Shown here one piece after another: positions 10,609-22,000 of a stretch of 64,000 nucleotides of DNA. The stretch comes from a virus. Under the pieces are notes generated by a model, which was not told the origin of the DNA, did not search any database, and worked only from the letters and a program-made list of their open reading frames with translations. The position numbers and the translations under genes were made by a program. The first letter of the stretch is position 1. Every line of letters begins with the position of its first letter. Where the stretch lies: positions 15,607 to 79,606 of the IMG/VR virus record IMGVR_UViG_3300030060_007958. One strand, given 5' to 3'.

Positions 10609-13600
10609 TGAATTCATATAGAGACGTTATAGAAATTTTACCACCAGAGTGGATATCTGCCCCTCAAAATATAATTTATGTCAGTAATGATATGTATGTT
10701 TCTGTTATTATGGCTAATGAACAAGTGATAGATGTAGAAAGTGACACTGTTTTAGTGGATGATTACAAAGAAAAATTTTCAAATATGTGTCTTGATTATT
10801 TTAATAAAATATCCCCTTCTACATTAAATGTGAAAAAAATAGACGATTATATTGATCTGTTCCCAAATATCGGACACAGACTTCTTTTGGGAATTAAAAT
10901 TTCAGATGTCGAATCCTTAAGCGATAAAGAGGTAGTAGTCGAGACATATGAAAATGAAGTAGTTTATAATATTGTTGATTATAAGAAAAAAATTAATTTT
11001 GTTATAGAAAAATTTAAAGCATTTCAGCAAGATATGCTTAGAGATCTGTATGATAAAAAAAGCACAGGGTACCAGAGTGCAGATTTTTCTTTAGAATCAG
11101 AAAATTTGCAAATCTTTAGCGATAATCTCACTAAATTATTTAATATTAATAAAATAGGTGAATCAGATTTTGAAAATATGAAGCTTTGTTACGACAAAGA
11201 ATTTTTAATTAAAAGAATATATCCATATTTAAATTCTACTGGTGAAGATTTAATTATATCTTTTTCGCAATTTCAGAAAACTCATCCCCAAAATAGAGCC
11301 GAGACAAACTATTTTGTATTTAACCTTGGAGAGGTTTATAGGGCCTGCAAAAACACTGAATTTACATATGAGGACGCTATAAAATCATTTTTCTATAAAA
11401 AAAGAAAAGTAATATCCGAACCGTCCAATATGATTAGCAGGGCACAAAAAAATTCAACATCATATGGTATAGATAACAAGTCAACAACTAACAATAAATC
11501 ATCGGCACAAAATATATCAAAAAGATTTTCAAAAGAAGTGCAAAGAATAGCATCGCAAAGCATCTACAATACTCCATGTTTGAGCAATGATGAAAAAAAG
11601 AAAAAAGATAAAGAATTAAAAGAAAATCAGAAAAATCAAGATGGGTTTGCCAAAGAATTAACTTATACAATAGGTGATACATTTATAGATAATCTACCCG
11701 GCATTATGCAAAAAGTCGCTAAAAAACAAGGCAAAGACGCGGCTAATGCATTAGGAACAGAAGTCCTAAATAGGCTTGGTGTCTGCGGCCTCGGTGATAT
11801 TGTGTCGTTGGTCGCTAATACAACATCAACATTTCTAAACGCAGAGGAATATAATAAAGAAGTTGCGTCATGCGCTCTTAAAAATCTAGATGATTCAAAA
11901 TTAGAAAAGTTAGATTCTGTATTGGAAAAGCTAGGCCATGGCTATAAATCTATATTAGGATCTCCAGATATACTACCACCATGGAAGACCGGAGGATATA
12001 AAACAGTTGATAATCCTCCACAGCCCCGACAAGCATCTGAAGAATTTTCTTTAAAATTAGAAAACCCTTCTGAAGGCGGAGATGATGTAGGTGCAAAAAT
12101 AACGTTTGAAGCTTATAAAGATTCTGTAATATTAGAGGTAAAAACAGAAGATTTGCTACAGGCACTAGTCTCCTCTTTCCCGGACGAGATGGGTTGGATA
12201 TCATTTTTTGCGGATAGTACAACGGCATTGTTAGAAAAATGTGCAGGAATAGGGACGGGAATTAATTCTGCATCTGCATTAAATAAAAATTTTTGCAAAG
12301 AAAAGAACTTTAAATTACCAAAAATATCAAATTTTGGAATGACTCCATCAGGTCCATTTTCACCATCTTCAATATCCAAGCAACTGCTGGAAGAAATAAA
12401 AAATATAATCATCAACTTAATAGTTCAACTCATAACTTCAACAATGCAGCAATTATTTCAAATTATAGCAGCAGGTATGGCCGGAGATAAAAATTATTTC
12501 AAAAGACAAGATTATATACCAGATTTATTTCAAGATGAAGAATACTTTTTTAATGCATTTTGTGATAGAGCGTCAAATAAGAAGAGAGCAAAGAGTGATG
12601 TAATGCCCTCTATTCGGCAAATGATGTACGATAGTACTTTATCAAATTCTTCAAAAGAAATTTCTTTGAACCAAGTCGACCAATTTTTAAAAGATGCTTC
12701 AGTTTCTCTCGGTGAATACGAAAAGATAGAACTCCTAAGAGGAAATGCTCCAGACAATACTTTTGAAAAATTAATATTTTTGGTATCGAAAAACGATTTA
12801 ACACATATTTTTACTAATAAATCTGATATTGAAAAATTCTTTTTGGAAATGGGAAAAAGACTGGATGTTTCTGGCATGGAAGCGGATTACTTTGACGACA
12901 TCTATAGTGAGGGTACTGTTTTTCCTTCCTTCTGTATCATAGAAAATGATATGCTAGAAAGAGCATATTTAAAAAATAAAGATGGGATATCCAGAGACCA
13001 AATTGAAGATATGAAACAAAAGTTGAAAGATATACAAAAAGACAAGATATGTACAGCCGCACGTGCCATGGGGGATCCAAACGGACCAATTCTTGGCCAA
13101 TTGGGTAAATTACTATTAGATAAATCCGGCCCTTTATTTAAAAAAGCAAATCAGCAAGAAGCAAAATACTTTATGGATGCTATGAAATCAAACATAAAAA
13201 CAGTCGCTGCATCTTATCAGACAGGGTTATATATTAACAAGGGTGTTTATGATACAATGATGCAACCCGATGGAAAGTCATACAATACTTATCTTAAATT
13301 AAATTTATTTAACACACCCTTAACAGGAAGTGTTTTGTCGGATTTCCCGATTAGCGAATCATTTGAAGTATCAGATGCCCCAGACCCAGATAACTTATTG
13401 GCAACATCTGCAGTGGAAGCTGGACTAAAAAGTGATTTTGGAGAAAATTACGCTTATTTTAAATCAAATATTTTTCCAAATTTAATTAATAATTATAACA
13501 CAGAGTTTGGCAGTTCTTTGCAAGGGTATGATTTTGCAAAGTGGAAAACATCATATTCTAATTTTAATATGGACAATGATGGTATTGAATTAATTTCAAG

Positions 13601-14633
13601 TTTATTTGAACCTTCACTGCAGAAAATAAGTGATATATACGCAGAAATGCCTGATTTTAATTCTGGCAATGGCACTGTCCCATTTCATTTATTAAAGAAT
13701 AAAAATGAATTAATAGAGAAATTTTCGTATATATCTTTTCTTGTGCAAATAACATATACGGATTATTTGTTTAAAACAATAACAATATTCTCAAATTATG
13801 AAAAAGATACAGATATAACGAAAAATGACCCTATTCAATACATTTACGAACAAATTCTTTCCGAAAGAGATGGTCTTTCAAATGCCATAACAAATACTAT
13901 TTTTGATAATATGACCCAAATACTTTATAAAATCCAAGATGAAACAATCAACAGAAAGCCTATATCATCTTTTTTAAGTAAGTATAACTCTCGATTAAAC
14001 TCCTCCATAGAAAGCTGGCTAGATGGTAGGTATGATAGTCATGAATCATTTTATCGAGATGTTCCTATGGAAGATTTAGCAAAAATATTTATAAATTTTG
14101 TGATTGATAATTTTAGTCAAGATAAAATTAATAAACTTTCCGGAATAAATGCTGATAAAAATTTGGAATCTTTGATATTCTCCGGCGATGCAGAAGATCC
14201 GAGAACATCTGAAGAAATGAAATTATTAGATGTTAGTTCGCTACCAACATTTGTAAGTGAAAAATATTATGAGGGCGTAAATCCCGCAATTAAAATTTAT
14301 GCTATTTATGAAGATCCAGATATTTCCAGTATTCCATCAGAGTATATTAGGCTATTATCTGACAAAAAAACACAAATTGTAGCACTTCCTCTAATTTCTC
14401 ATGTCGACCTTGGATCATCATCAAAAGATCAAGATATGTCTCGATGGACAGAAGATAGAATGAAGGAAGAACTGATATCTAGCGAAAATTTTAAAAAATA
14501 TTATTATCCAGCTATGAATATAGAACAGATATTATCTTTTTATACTAATTATTATATTGAGCAAGTTGAAAAAGTTGAAAAAGACTTTTTTAAGAGAACA
14601 AAAAAAGTTTTAAAAAAATTAATTAGAGGATAG
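10608..14633 (+). CDS. Large hypothetical protein (1341 aa), probable virion/baseplate component
   Basis: Long ORF translationally coupled to the spike gene, directly before gp25. Confidence 0.55.
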   Translation: MNSYRDVIEILPPEWISAPQNIIYVSNDMYVSVIMANEQVIDVESDTVLVDDYKEKFSNMCLDYFNKISPSTLNVKKIDDYIDLFPNIGHRLLLGIKISDVESLSDKEVVVETYENEVVYNIVDYKKKINFVIEKFKAFQQDMLRDLYDKKSTGYQSADFSLESENLQIFSDNLTKLFNINKIGESDFENMKLCYDKEFLIKRIYPYLNSTGEDLIISFSQFQKTHPQNRAETNYFVFNLGEVYRACKNTEFTYEDAIKSFFYKKRKVISEPSNMISRAQKNSTSYGIDNKSTTNNKSSAQNISKRFSKEVQRIASQSIYNTPCLSNDEKKKKDKELKENQKNQDGFAKELTYTIGDTFIDNLPGIMQKVAKKQGKDAANALGTEVLNRLGVCGLGDIVSLVANTTSTFLNAEEYNKEVASCALKNLDDSKLEKLDSVLEKLGHGYKSILGSPDILPPWKTGGYKTVDNPPQPRQASEEFSLKLENPSEGGDDVGAKITFEAYKDSVILEVKTEDLLQALVSSFPDEMGWISFFADSTTALLEKCAGIGTGINSASALNKNFCKEKNFKLPKISNFGMTPSGPFSPSSISKQLLEEIKNIIINLIVQLITSTMQQLFQIIAAGMAGDKNYFKRQDYIPDLFQDEEYFFNAFCDRASNKKRAKSDVMPSIRQMMYDSTLSNSSKEISLNQVDQFLKDASVSLGEYEKIELLRGNAPDNTFEKLIFLVSKNDLTHIFTNKSDIEKFFLEMGKRLDVSGMEADYFDDIYSEGTVFPSFCIIENDMLERAYLKNKDGISRDQIEDMKQKLKDIQKDKICTAARAMGDPNGPILGQLGKLLLDKSGPLFKKANQQEAKYFMDAMKSNIKTVAASYQTGLYINKGVYDTMMQPDGKSYNTYLKLNLFNTPLTGSVLSDFPISESFEVSDAPDPDNLLATSAVEAGLKSDFGENYAYFKSNIFPNLINNYNTEFGSSLQGYDFAKWKTSYSNFNMDNDGIELISSLFEPSLQKISDIYAEMPDFNSGNGTVPFHLLKNKNELIEKFSYISFLVQITYTDYLFKTITIFSNYEKDTDITKNDPIQYIYEQILSERDGLSNAITNTIFDNMTQILYKIQDETINRKPISSFLSKYNSRLNSSIESWLDGRYDSHESFYRDVPMEDLAKIFINFVIDNFSQDKINKLSGINADKNLESLIFSGDAEDPRTSEEMKLLDVSSLPTFVSEKYYEGVNPAIKIYAIYEDPDISSIPSEYIRLLSDKKTQIVALPLISHVDLGSSSKDQDMSRWTEDRMKEELISSENFKKYYYPAMNIEQILSFYTNYYIEQVEKVEKDFFKRTKKVLKKLIRG

Positions 14634-14639
14634 CAAATA

Positions 14640-15026
14640 ATGCCTTATGGATTTTCTCCAAAATTACCACTAACTTATGATAAGCATGATGGACCCTATA
14701 GACTTACAAAAACTATTAAAGAAATGGGTACCCAAAATTTAAAAATGCTTGTTTTAACAAACCCCGGAGAAAGAATTATGAATCCAGATTTTGGAGTTGG
14801 GGTAAGCAGATATTTATTTGAGCAATCTGGAAATTTTAATAGGCAAGGTTTTGAGTCTAGGTTGTTTTCTCAAACTAAAAAGTATTTACCATATATAAAC
14901 ATAACTAATTTAGAAATAGTAGATAACAATAATAATATTATTGGTTTATCTATTACATTTTTTATTGAGTCGTTTATGACAGAAGAAAAACTTTTTATAA
15001 ACCTTGAAGAAAATACACTAATATAG
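14640..15026 (+). CDS. Baseplate wedge subunit, gp25-like
   Basis: QNLKMLVLTNPGERIMNPDFGVG..YLFE, KYLPYINI. Confidence 0.9.
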   Translation: MPYGFSPKLPLTYDKHDGPYRLTKTIKEMGTQNLKMLVLTNPGERIMNPDFGVGVSRYLFEQSGNFNRQGFESRLFSQTKKYLPYINITNLEIVDNNNNIIGLSITFFIESFMTEEKLFINLEENTLI

Positions 15027-15042
15027 GAGAAAGAAAAAAAAG

Positions 15043-16836
15043 ATGTCAAAAAAGAAGGTAGCAATAAATTATACAGCTAGAGACTTTAATAGTATTAAGG
15101 AACAGCTGCTGGATTATACTAAAAGGTATTACCCGGAAACATATCAGGATTTTAGTGAAGCTTCTTTCGGATCTTTAATGATAGATACAGTTTCCTATGT
15201 AGGCGATATGTTGTCTTATTTTGTCGACTATCAGGCAAATGAATCTTTCTTACAAACTGCCTATGAAAGAGAAAATATTATTAGATTATCTAGACAATTG
15301 GGGTATAATTATCAAGATGTCTCCACTGCAACTGGAGAAGTTTTTATTTATGCTTTGATCCCGGCAAATGAATTGGGCCTCGGCCCGGATTCAAATTATA
15401 TGCCAATTATTAAATCTGGAACCACCTTATCGGATCAATCCGATAACGGATTCATTTTGACCGAAGATATTAGGTTTGATGACCCAGCTAATGAAGTTGT
15501 CGTTGGTAGGGTGAATGAATCTACTGGCTTGCCAACATCGTATGCTGTTAGAGCATCTGGAAAGATTATTTCCGGCCAATTAGAGGAAATACAATTAGAT
15601 ATCGGAGATTATGAAAAATTCTTAAAACTTGAAATTCCAGATACTAATGTGGTAGAAATAATTTCTGTAGTAGATTTGGAAGGAAACGAATATTATCAAG
15701 TCGACAATTTAACTCAAGATATCATTTATAAAACTTTTGCAAATGATGGAGAAAATTCAGACACAGTTAAAGAATATTTGAGACCTATATCAGCACCCAG
15801 AAGATTTACTTTTGAATATGATGGTGAAAATTATTTTTTACAGTTTGGTCATGGATCTGAAGAAACAATAGAAATCAATCAAGTCGCAGATCCTTCGGAT
15901 GTTGCACTTCAGATGCATGGTAGGGATTACGTGGCCGATGTCCAAATCGATCCAACTAGGTTGTTGCAAACAGATAAGATGGGGGTATCTCCATCTTCGA
16001 CCACCTTAACAATTGTTTATAGAAAAAATACAAACGAAAACACCAACGCCGCAGCGGGTTCAATAAATAATTTTTCTGATTTAAATATAACATTTAAAGA
16101 TATATTATCTTTGTCTTCTTCTAAAATTTCTTCTGTAAGGGGATCTTTGGAAATAACAAATCAGAATCCCATTGTGGGAAGCTCCGTAAGCCCAACAGCT
16201 GAAGAAATAAAAATAAGAGCACAGGCCCATTTTGCAACTCAAAACCGCGCCGTAACAGAAAAAGATTATGAATCAATGATTTACTCTATGCCTTCCAAAT
16301 TTGGATCAATCTCAAGGTGCAATATAGTCATTGATTCTGATGCATTTAAAAGAAATTTAAATGCTTATGTGCTAGGTACAGATAAAGATAATAAATTAAC
16401 AAGATTGAATAATACATTAAAAGAAAATTTAAAAATTTGGATATCAAATTATAAAATGATAAACGACACCGTCGACATTATCGATGCAAAAATAGTAAAT
16501 CTAGCTATAGAATTTGACGTTGTATCTGATCCAGACTTCAATAGTTCGGAAATATATGGCAAATGCATATCTGTATTGTCAGAAAAATATTCCAAAGCAT
16601 TGCAAATGGGAGAACCGTTTTACGTCACTGATGTTTATTTTGCACTAAATAAAATATCCGGCGTAATCGATACAAAAAATGTAAGAATTATTAATAAAAA
16701 TTCTTCAAGATATTCATCTACTTCATATAATATAGAATCTAATATGTCAAGTGATGGAAGATATTTGAGGTGTCCTACAAATGTCTGTTTTGAAATTAAA
16801 TATCCAAATGTCGATATTACTGGGGTTATAAGATAA
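15043..16836 (+). CDS. Baseplate wedge subunit, gp6-like
   Basis: YTARDFNSIK, DFSEAS.G, SYVGDMLSY..D..ANESFL.TA, QFGHG, QNRAVTEKDY. Confidence 0.9.
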   Translation: MSKKKVAINYTARDFNSIKEQLLDYTKRYYPETYQDFSEASFGSLMIDTVSYVGDMLSYFVDYQANESFLQTAYERENIIRLSRQLGYNYQDVSTATGEVFIYALIPANELGLGPDSNYMPIIKSGTTLSDQSDNGFILTEDIRFDDPANEVVVGRVNESTGLPTSYAVRASGKIISGQLEEIQLDIGDYEKFLKLEIPDTNVVEIISVVDLEGNEYYQVDNLTQDIIYKTFANDGENSDTVKEYLRPISAPRRFTFEYDGENYFLQFGHGSEETIEINQVADPSDVALQMHGRDYVADVQIDPTRLLQTDKMGVSPSSTTLTIVYRKNTNENTNAAAGSINNFSDLNITFKDILSLSSSKISSVRGSLEITNQNPIVGSSVSPTAEEIKIRAQAHFATQNRAVTEKDYESMIYSMPSKFGSISRCNIVIDSDAFKRNLNAYVLGTDKDNKLTRLNNTLKENLKIWISNYKMINDTVDIIDAKIVNLAIEFDVVSDPDFNSSEIYGKCISVLSEKYSKALQMGEPFYVTDVYFALNKISGVIDTKNVRIINKNSSRYSSTSYNIESNMSSDGRYLRCPTNVCFEIKYPNVDITGVIR

Positions 16837-19031
16837 TGGCTATAAAAAAATATTATGCTGACAAAGACAACACTATAACCAATGCCTTTAAGTCTAACTT
16901 GACTACTAGAGGCACTGGTTCAAACATGGGGCTTTCTGATATTTTGGAAACTTTTTCAATTTATGGACAGGCAAGCTCCGGGTCAACAGAATTGGAAAGA
17001 ATTCTAATACAATTTCCAGTTAGTGAGATTTCTCAAGATAGGTCTCAAGGTTCCATTCCGGATTCCGGGAACGTTCAATTCTATTTAAATATGTATAATT
17101 GTGTCCACTCCCAGACAACACCTAAAAATTTAAAGTTGGCAGTTCTTCCAATTTCCGGATCTTGGGAAGAGGGTACTGGATTAGATATGGATAATTATTC
17201 AGACACGACAGGTCAAAATGTTGGATCAAACTGGATAAATGCCGGAAAAGATGATAAGTGGGTTTTGGAAGGCGGAGATTATTATAGTTCTCCTGTATTT
17301 TCTCAAGAATTTCCCAATGGGTCCGAAAATTTAAAAGTAAATATAACTAGCCTAGTGGAAGAATGGATTGCCGGAACCAAGCCAAATCATGGAGTTGGAG
17401 TACATCTGACTTCCAGTCAAGAAGCCTATTACACATCATACAATCCTCGTGAATCAGTCGAATTTGATCAGCAGGCATTTTTATCAGGTTCCGCACAGAA
17501 TATGCAATTAACCGGACCATCAACTGTATCAATTTGGGTATATCCGGATACGATTGGCTCCAGATACTTACTTTTTTGGCAGAATAAGGACGCAGACACA
17601 TTTGGCCGCACCCTTAGAACTAGATCGGACGGAACAATAGCCTATCAGAGAAGCTATACTTCACAATCAACATACTTCTCTACCGAGACTATTTCCGCAG
17701 GTCAGTGGTCACATTTATTAATTACGGACGCAGGAAACAACTCTACGCCATCATTATATATAAATAATGCTTTGGCTAATTGGGACACAGCATCACCCGG
17801 TACCGGCACAACGCCAACGACAACCTATGACATGTTTTCTATTGGGGGATCCCGAACGGGAGATGCAGCAAACTGGTTGGGAGAAATTGATGATGTGGCA
17901 CATTTTAATAAAGTCTTAACTGCCTCCGAAGTCGCCGAAATCTATAATGGCGGTTGCCCCGCACCAATAAAAGAAACATCTGTTTATGAAAATTTATTAA
18001 ATTGGTGGGTCCATGGAGATGACCCAAGAGATGAAATAAAATTGGGAACACCTCCAACAGAGGCAAGTATATTTGACAGAGCCGGCACATTAAATCTTTT
18101 TGCAACAGGATCCGGCAACATGACTATCGTAACTGGTGCCTGTTCGGGCCAAGACGGAACTATACCTATTAACAGCAACGAAATTATCAATACTTCAGGC
18201 GCAACAGAAACTTATTATACAAAGAAATTTTTTGGAAGAGGGTCAGAATTCTTCTTTAAAAGACCTACTATTGAGGCAGTATGGGATTCTTCCATAAAAG
18301 ATGATAGGGGCAATTTTTACGCAAGCTCATCACTGCTGCCAGCAGAAGAGAACACACGTACAATATATTTATACAACGCAATTAATGGCCGCCTAAGAAA
18401 TATTCCAGAAATTGGAACGGGAGAAATATATGTAAAAGTATATACATCTGCTTCGGCTGGTTCACTATTGACCCCAACAGCAATCACCGGTGGATATGTT
18501 TCTACTGGAATTTACTCCGCATCTTTTGATTTAGACACAACAGAAGAAACAATTCATGATAGGTGGTTTAACAACGGACTATCAACATGTTATCATACTG
18601 GCACAATTGAAGTTAAAAGCCACCTAGCGTCAAACAACAGCCCTTATCCAAATTATGTTACAAATTTGACGAATTTAAAATCAACTTATTATACATATGA
18701 AACAAATAGATTTAAATTTTATGTTCGACAAAAAGATTGGAGCCCAACTATTTATACAGTAGCAACCAAGAAAACAGATACCTTAATTATTGAAAGTGGT
18801 TCCTATCAGATCCACAGATTAACGGATGATTTAGTTGTTATTCCATATGATACGGGCAGCACAAAGGGAACAGAAATGTCTTTCGATGTTAGCGGAAATT
18901 ATTTCGATTTAAAAATGGACCTTCTTGAGTCTGGATATTCATATGGAATAAAGGTGTCATATTATGACGAAACCGTCGATAGTTATATCGAACAACCTTA
19001 TATGTGGAAATTCAGGGTAGAAGAAGTATGA
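16836..19031 (+). CDS. Virion structural protein with internal LamG/concanavalin-like domain
   Basis: TVSIWV, QWSHL, LYIN, GEIDDVAHFNKVLTASEVAEIYN LamG-like motifs; coupled to gp6. Confidence 0.7.
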   Translation: MAIKKYYADKDNTITNAFKSNLTTRGTGSNMGLSDILETFSIYGQASSGSTELERILIQFPVSEISQDRSQGSIPDSGNVQFYLNMYNCVHSQTTPKNLKLAVLPISGSWEEGTGLDMDNYSDTTGQNVGSNWINAGKDDKWVLEGGDYYSSPVFSQEFPNGSENLKVNITSLVEEWIAGTKPNHGVGVHLTSSQEAYYTSYNPRESVEFDQQAFLSGSAQNMQLTGPSTVSIWVYPDTIGSRYLLFWQNKDADTFGRTLRTRSDGTIAYQRSYTSQSTYFSTETISAGQWSHLLITDAGNNSTPSLYINNALANWDTASPGTGTTPTTTYDMFSIGGSRTGDAANWLGEIDDVAHFNKVLTASEVAEIYNGGCPAPIKETSVYENLLNWWVHGDDPRDEIKLGTPPTEASIFDRAGTLNLFATGSGNMTIVTGACSGQDGTIPINSNEIINTSGATETYYTKKFFGRGSEFFFKRPTIEAVWDSSIKDDRGNFYASSSLLPAEENTRTIYLYNAINGRLRNIPEIGTGEIYVKVYTSASAGSLLTPTAITGGYVSTGIYSASFDLDTTEETIHDRWFNNGLSTCYHTGTIEVKSHLASNNSPYPNYVTNLTNLKSTYYTYETNRFKFYVRQKDWSPTIYTVATKKTDTLIIESGSYQIHRLTDDLVVIPYDTGSTKGTEMSFDVSGNYFDLKMDLLESGYSYGIKVSYYDETVDSYIEQPYMWKFRVEEV

Positions 19032-22000
19032 GTATAAAAGATCTTTTTAGTCAAAATAGAAATTATAAAATCTTTTCCGATAGTGATTCGGTAATAAGAA
19101 AAGATGCAGAATCAATAGATAACGTAGCCGAAACAAAAAAGAATCAAAGTTTATTTATTCCTACAGTGGATTTTTCTTTAGCATCGAACTTTGTTAATTA
19201 TGGATCTGCAGAATTATATTATTCTGATGCCATCACTAGAATATATGAAGATTATCCATATGATGGATCTTCTAAAGAAAGGGAAGAGTTTTTAAATAAA
19301 TCAACTTATCTGGATTTGTGGTTATTGGATAACAAATACCCGCGTACAAACGGATTTATTACTATTTCTGCTACAGGATGGGGATCTCTCTCAACAGCCC
19401 CAGATGCTACAACAGCATACTACGGAAATCCTTCTGATAAAGAGTATATATCTCTTTTTGGAGGCCCTCATACGGCCTCTGACGGCATGATTAATAAAAA
19501 ACTTAGCTCAACTTTCGATGATTCTAACAAGTATGACACTGATATATATAATAGCGAAGGTTTCGTTGGCACTGGTACAAGAGAAAGTAACTTAAAAACA
19601 AATTTTGATAACGGAGTAACCGTAGAGTTCTGGTTGAAAAAAGAATCTTTTGACAACTCAAAAACGCAAAAGGAGGTTATTTTCGATTTATGGAACAATA
19701 CAACCTCTTCTGCTGCCTCATATGGAAGATTATTATTACAATTAACAGGCACAGCCGGCACATCGCCGTTTATTTTGACAATTCAGTCAGGCACATCAGC
19801 ACCTTATGAAGAAGCCTCTTTTGGGTCTTCTTTGACAACGGCATCTTTAGAAACATTCGGGCATTATGCTTTTAGGGTATATAAAGGAACTGATATGCCC
19901 CCCGAACTAAAAGTGGATATGTATAAAGATGGAAATCTTATTGAATCTAAGGCAGTACCTTCCGCTATTTCAGAAATAACAGGAGCACTACAGGCCAACA
20001 TTGGCTCATTGACCAGTCCAGCTGTTTCTTCTTCGGCAGAATATGCAAATCTTGGGTGGGGTAAATTATCTGGCTCGATTGATGAATTTAGATTTTGGAA
20101 AACAAAAAGAACTGCCGAAGAAATAGGTAGAAATTGGTTCACTCAAGTATATGGCGGAAGCAACACTGACGTTGCTAATACTGATTTGGGAGTATATTAT
20201 AAATTTAATGAAGGTATTACGGGAAATGACTCACTAGACTCGACGGTTCTTGATTATTCCGGAAGAATTACTAACGGCCAATGGACGGGGTATAATACTT
20301 CCGCTAGGTCAACAGAGTCAGCAATGGTTATTTCCAATGCAGCGACTTCAGAATTTAAAGACCCTATTATATATCAGTCACACCCGGATGTGGTATCCTT
20401 GATTGCAGAAATGCAAACTTCTGGATCAAATTATGATGCAAATAATCATTCATCTATAATGAATAAATATCCAATTTGGATTATCGATGAAGACCATGCC
20501 ACCGGCGGCGACTTAAAAAGGATGACCCAGATCGTATCTAGCTTTTTAGACACATTGCATCTTCAAATACAAGAACTAAATAAACTTAAAGATATCGGAT
20601 ATACAGATAGTGCAAATAAAAACTTACCATTTTCAAATAGGCTATTATTAGATTACGGATTTGTGGCACCTGAAATTTTTGCCGATGCAGATCTTTTAAA
20701 CACGATTATGTCTCGCGGCGAAACAAAAGATTTTAAAGAAACACTGCCAGAAATAAAGAATACTATTTATAAAAATATTTATAATAATATTGTCTCTATT
20801 TTTAAATCAAAGGGAACACATAAGGCTTTTAGAAATCTTATTAGATGTTATGGGATTGATGATAAAATAGTTAGAGTAAATTCTTATGCAAACAATTTAA
20901 CTTACGATTTAAAAGAAAACAAAAGATATTCAACAATAAAAAGGAAATTTATTGATTTTTATAGGGCAGATAATTTTTATGGCACAATTTATCAACAAAC
21001 TTCATCTGCCAACCCACTTTCTACTTCTTTTATATCTGCCTCTCAAAGTTCCCTTGAAGATTATATTTCATTTACTTTAGAATCAGAAATTATAACTCCA
21101 AAAAAGAGAAAGAGAAATTCTAGAGATTTTTATGCCACTCCGTTTGTAACATCTTCTATCTTTGGTTTCCATACGGCTATACCAGCTACCCCAGCCGATT
21201 TAACATGGGCATCTACAGATTATGACATTCAGGCTTATGCGATTCTTCCTCCTGATAACGGAAATAATAAGGCAGGATATTTTCTTTTAACAAGTTCATA
21301 TTATGGGATAGAGAAGAAAACATCTCTTATAGAAAATTTATATGATAATAAAAAATGGAATTTGTCGCTTACCTTAACTCCATCTAAAAAAGATGCAAAC
21401 TTAGTTTCTGGATCTTCGATAACTGATTACGATATAAAATTGTATGGAATAAATACATATTCGGATGTTGAACAAACAGAATTTACACTAACAGATACCA
21501 TCACAACCAGTGGAGAAAAATTATTAACAGAGCCAAAAAGAATATACGCTGGAGCACACAGACAGAACTTTACAGGATCTGTAATTCACGGATCCGATAT
21601 TAAACTTTCTTCTGTCAGATATTGGGTAAATGCCTTAGAAGATTCTGTAATAAAGAATCATTCTGAAAATTCTGATAATTTTGGTTCAAGACACCCACTA
21701 AGGAACGTCCACAACTTTGTAACTTCAATCGGAAACGTCGAAATTCCACAAATAGACACACTGGCACTGCATTGGGCGTTTAATCAAATAACAAGTTCAG
21801 ATGCCGGATCAGGAATTCCTTCAGTGGATGATGCCGGCTTTGATTTATTAGATATGTCATCCGGTTCATCGGATATACAAAGTAGATATAGTTGGCTTGG
21901 TAATGTAGTGGGCACCCCACATACAGGCCGTGGAGACCTATTTTATCCAAATGATACTAGAATAGTAAATTCAGAATTTATACCAGTTGCGATTCAAGAA

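Noticed and set aside
10608-14633. Tape measure protein
   Set aside because: Helical and long, but lacks the Ala/Gly-rich periodicity and adjacent tube/sheath genes; left as hypothetical
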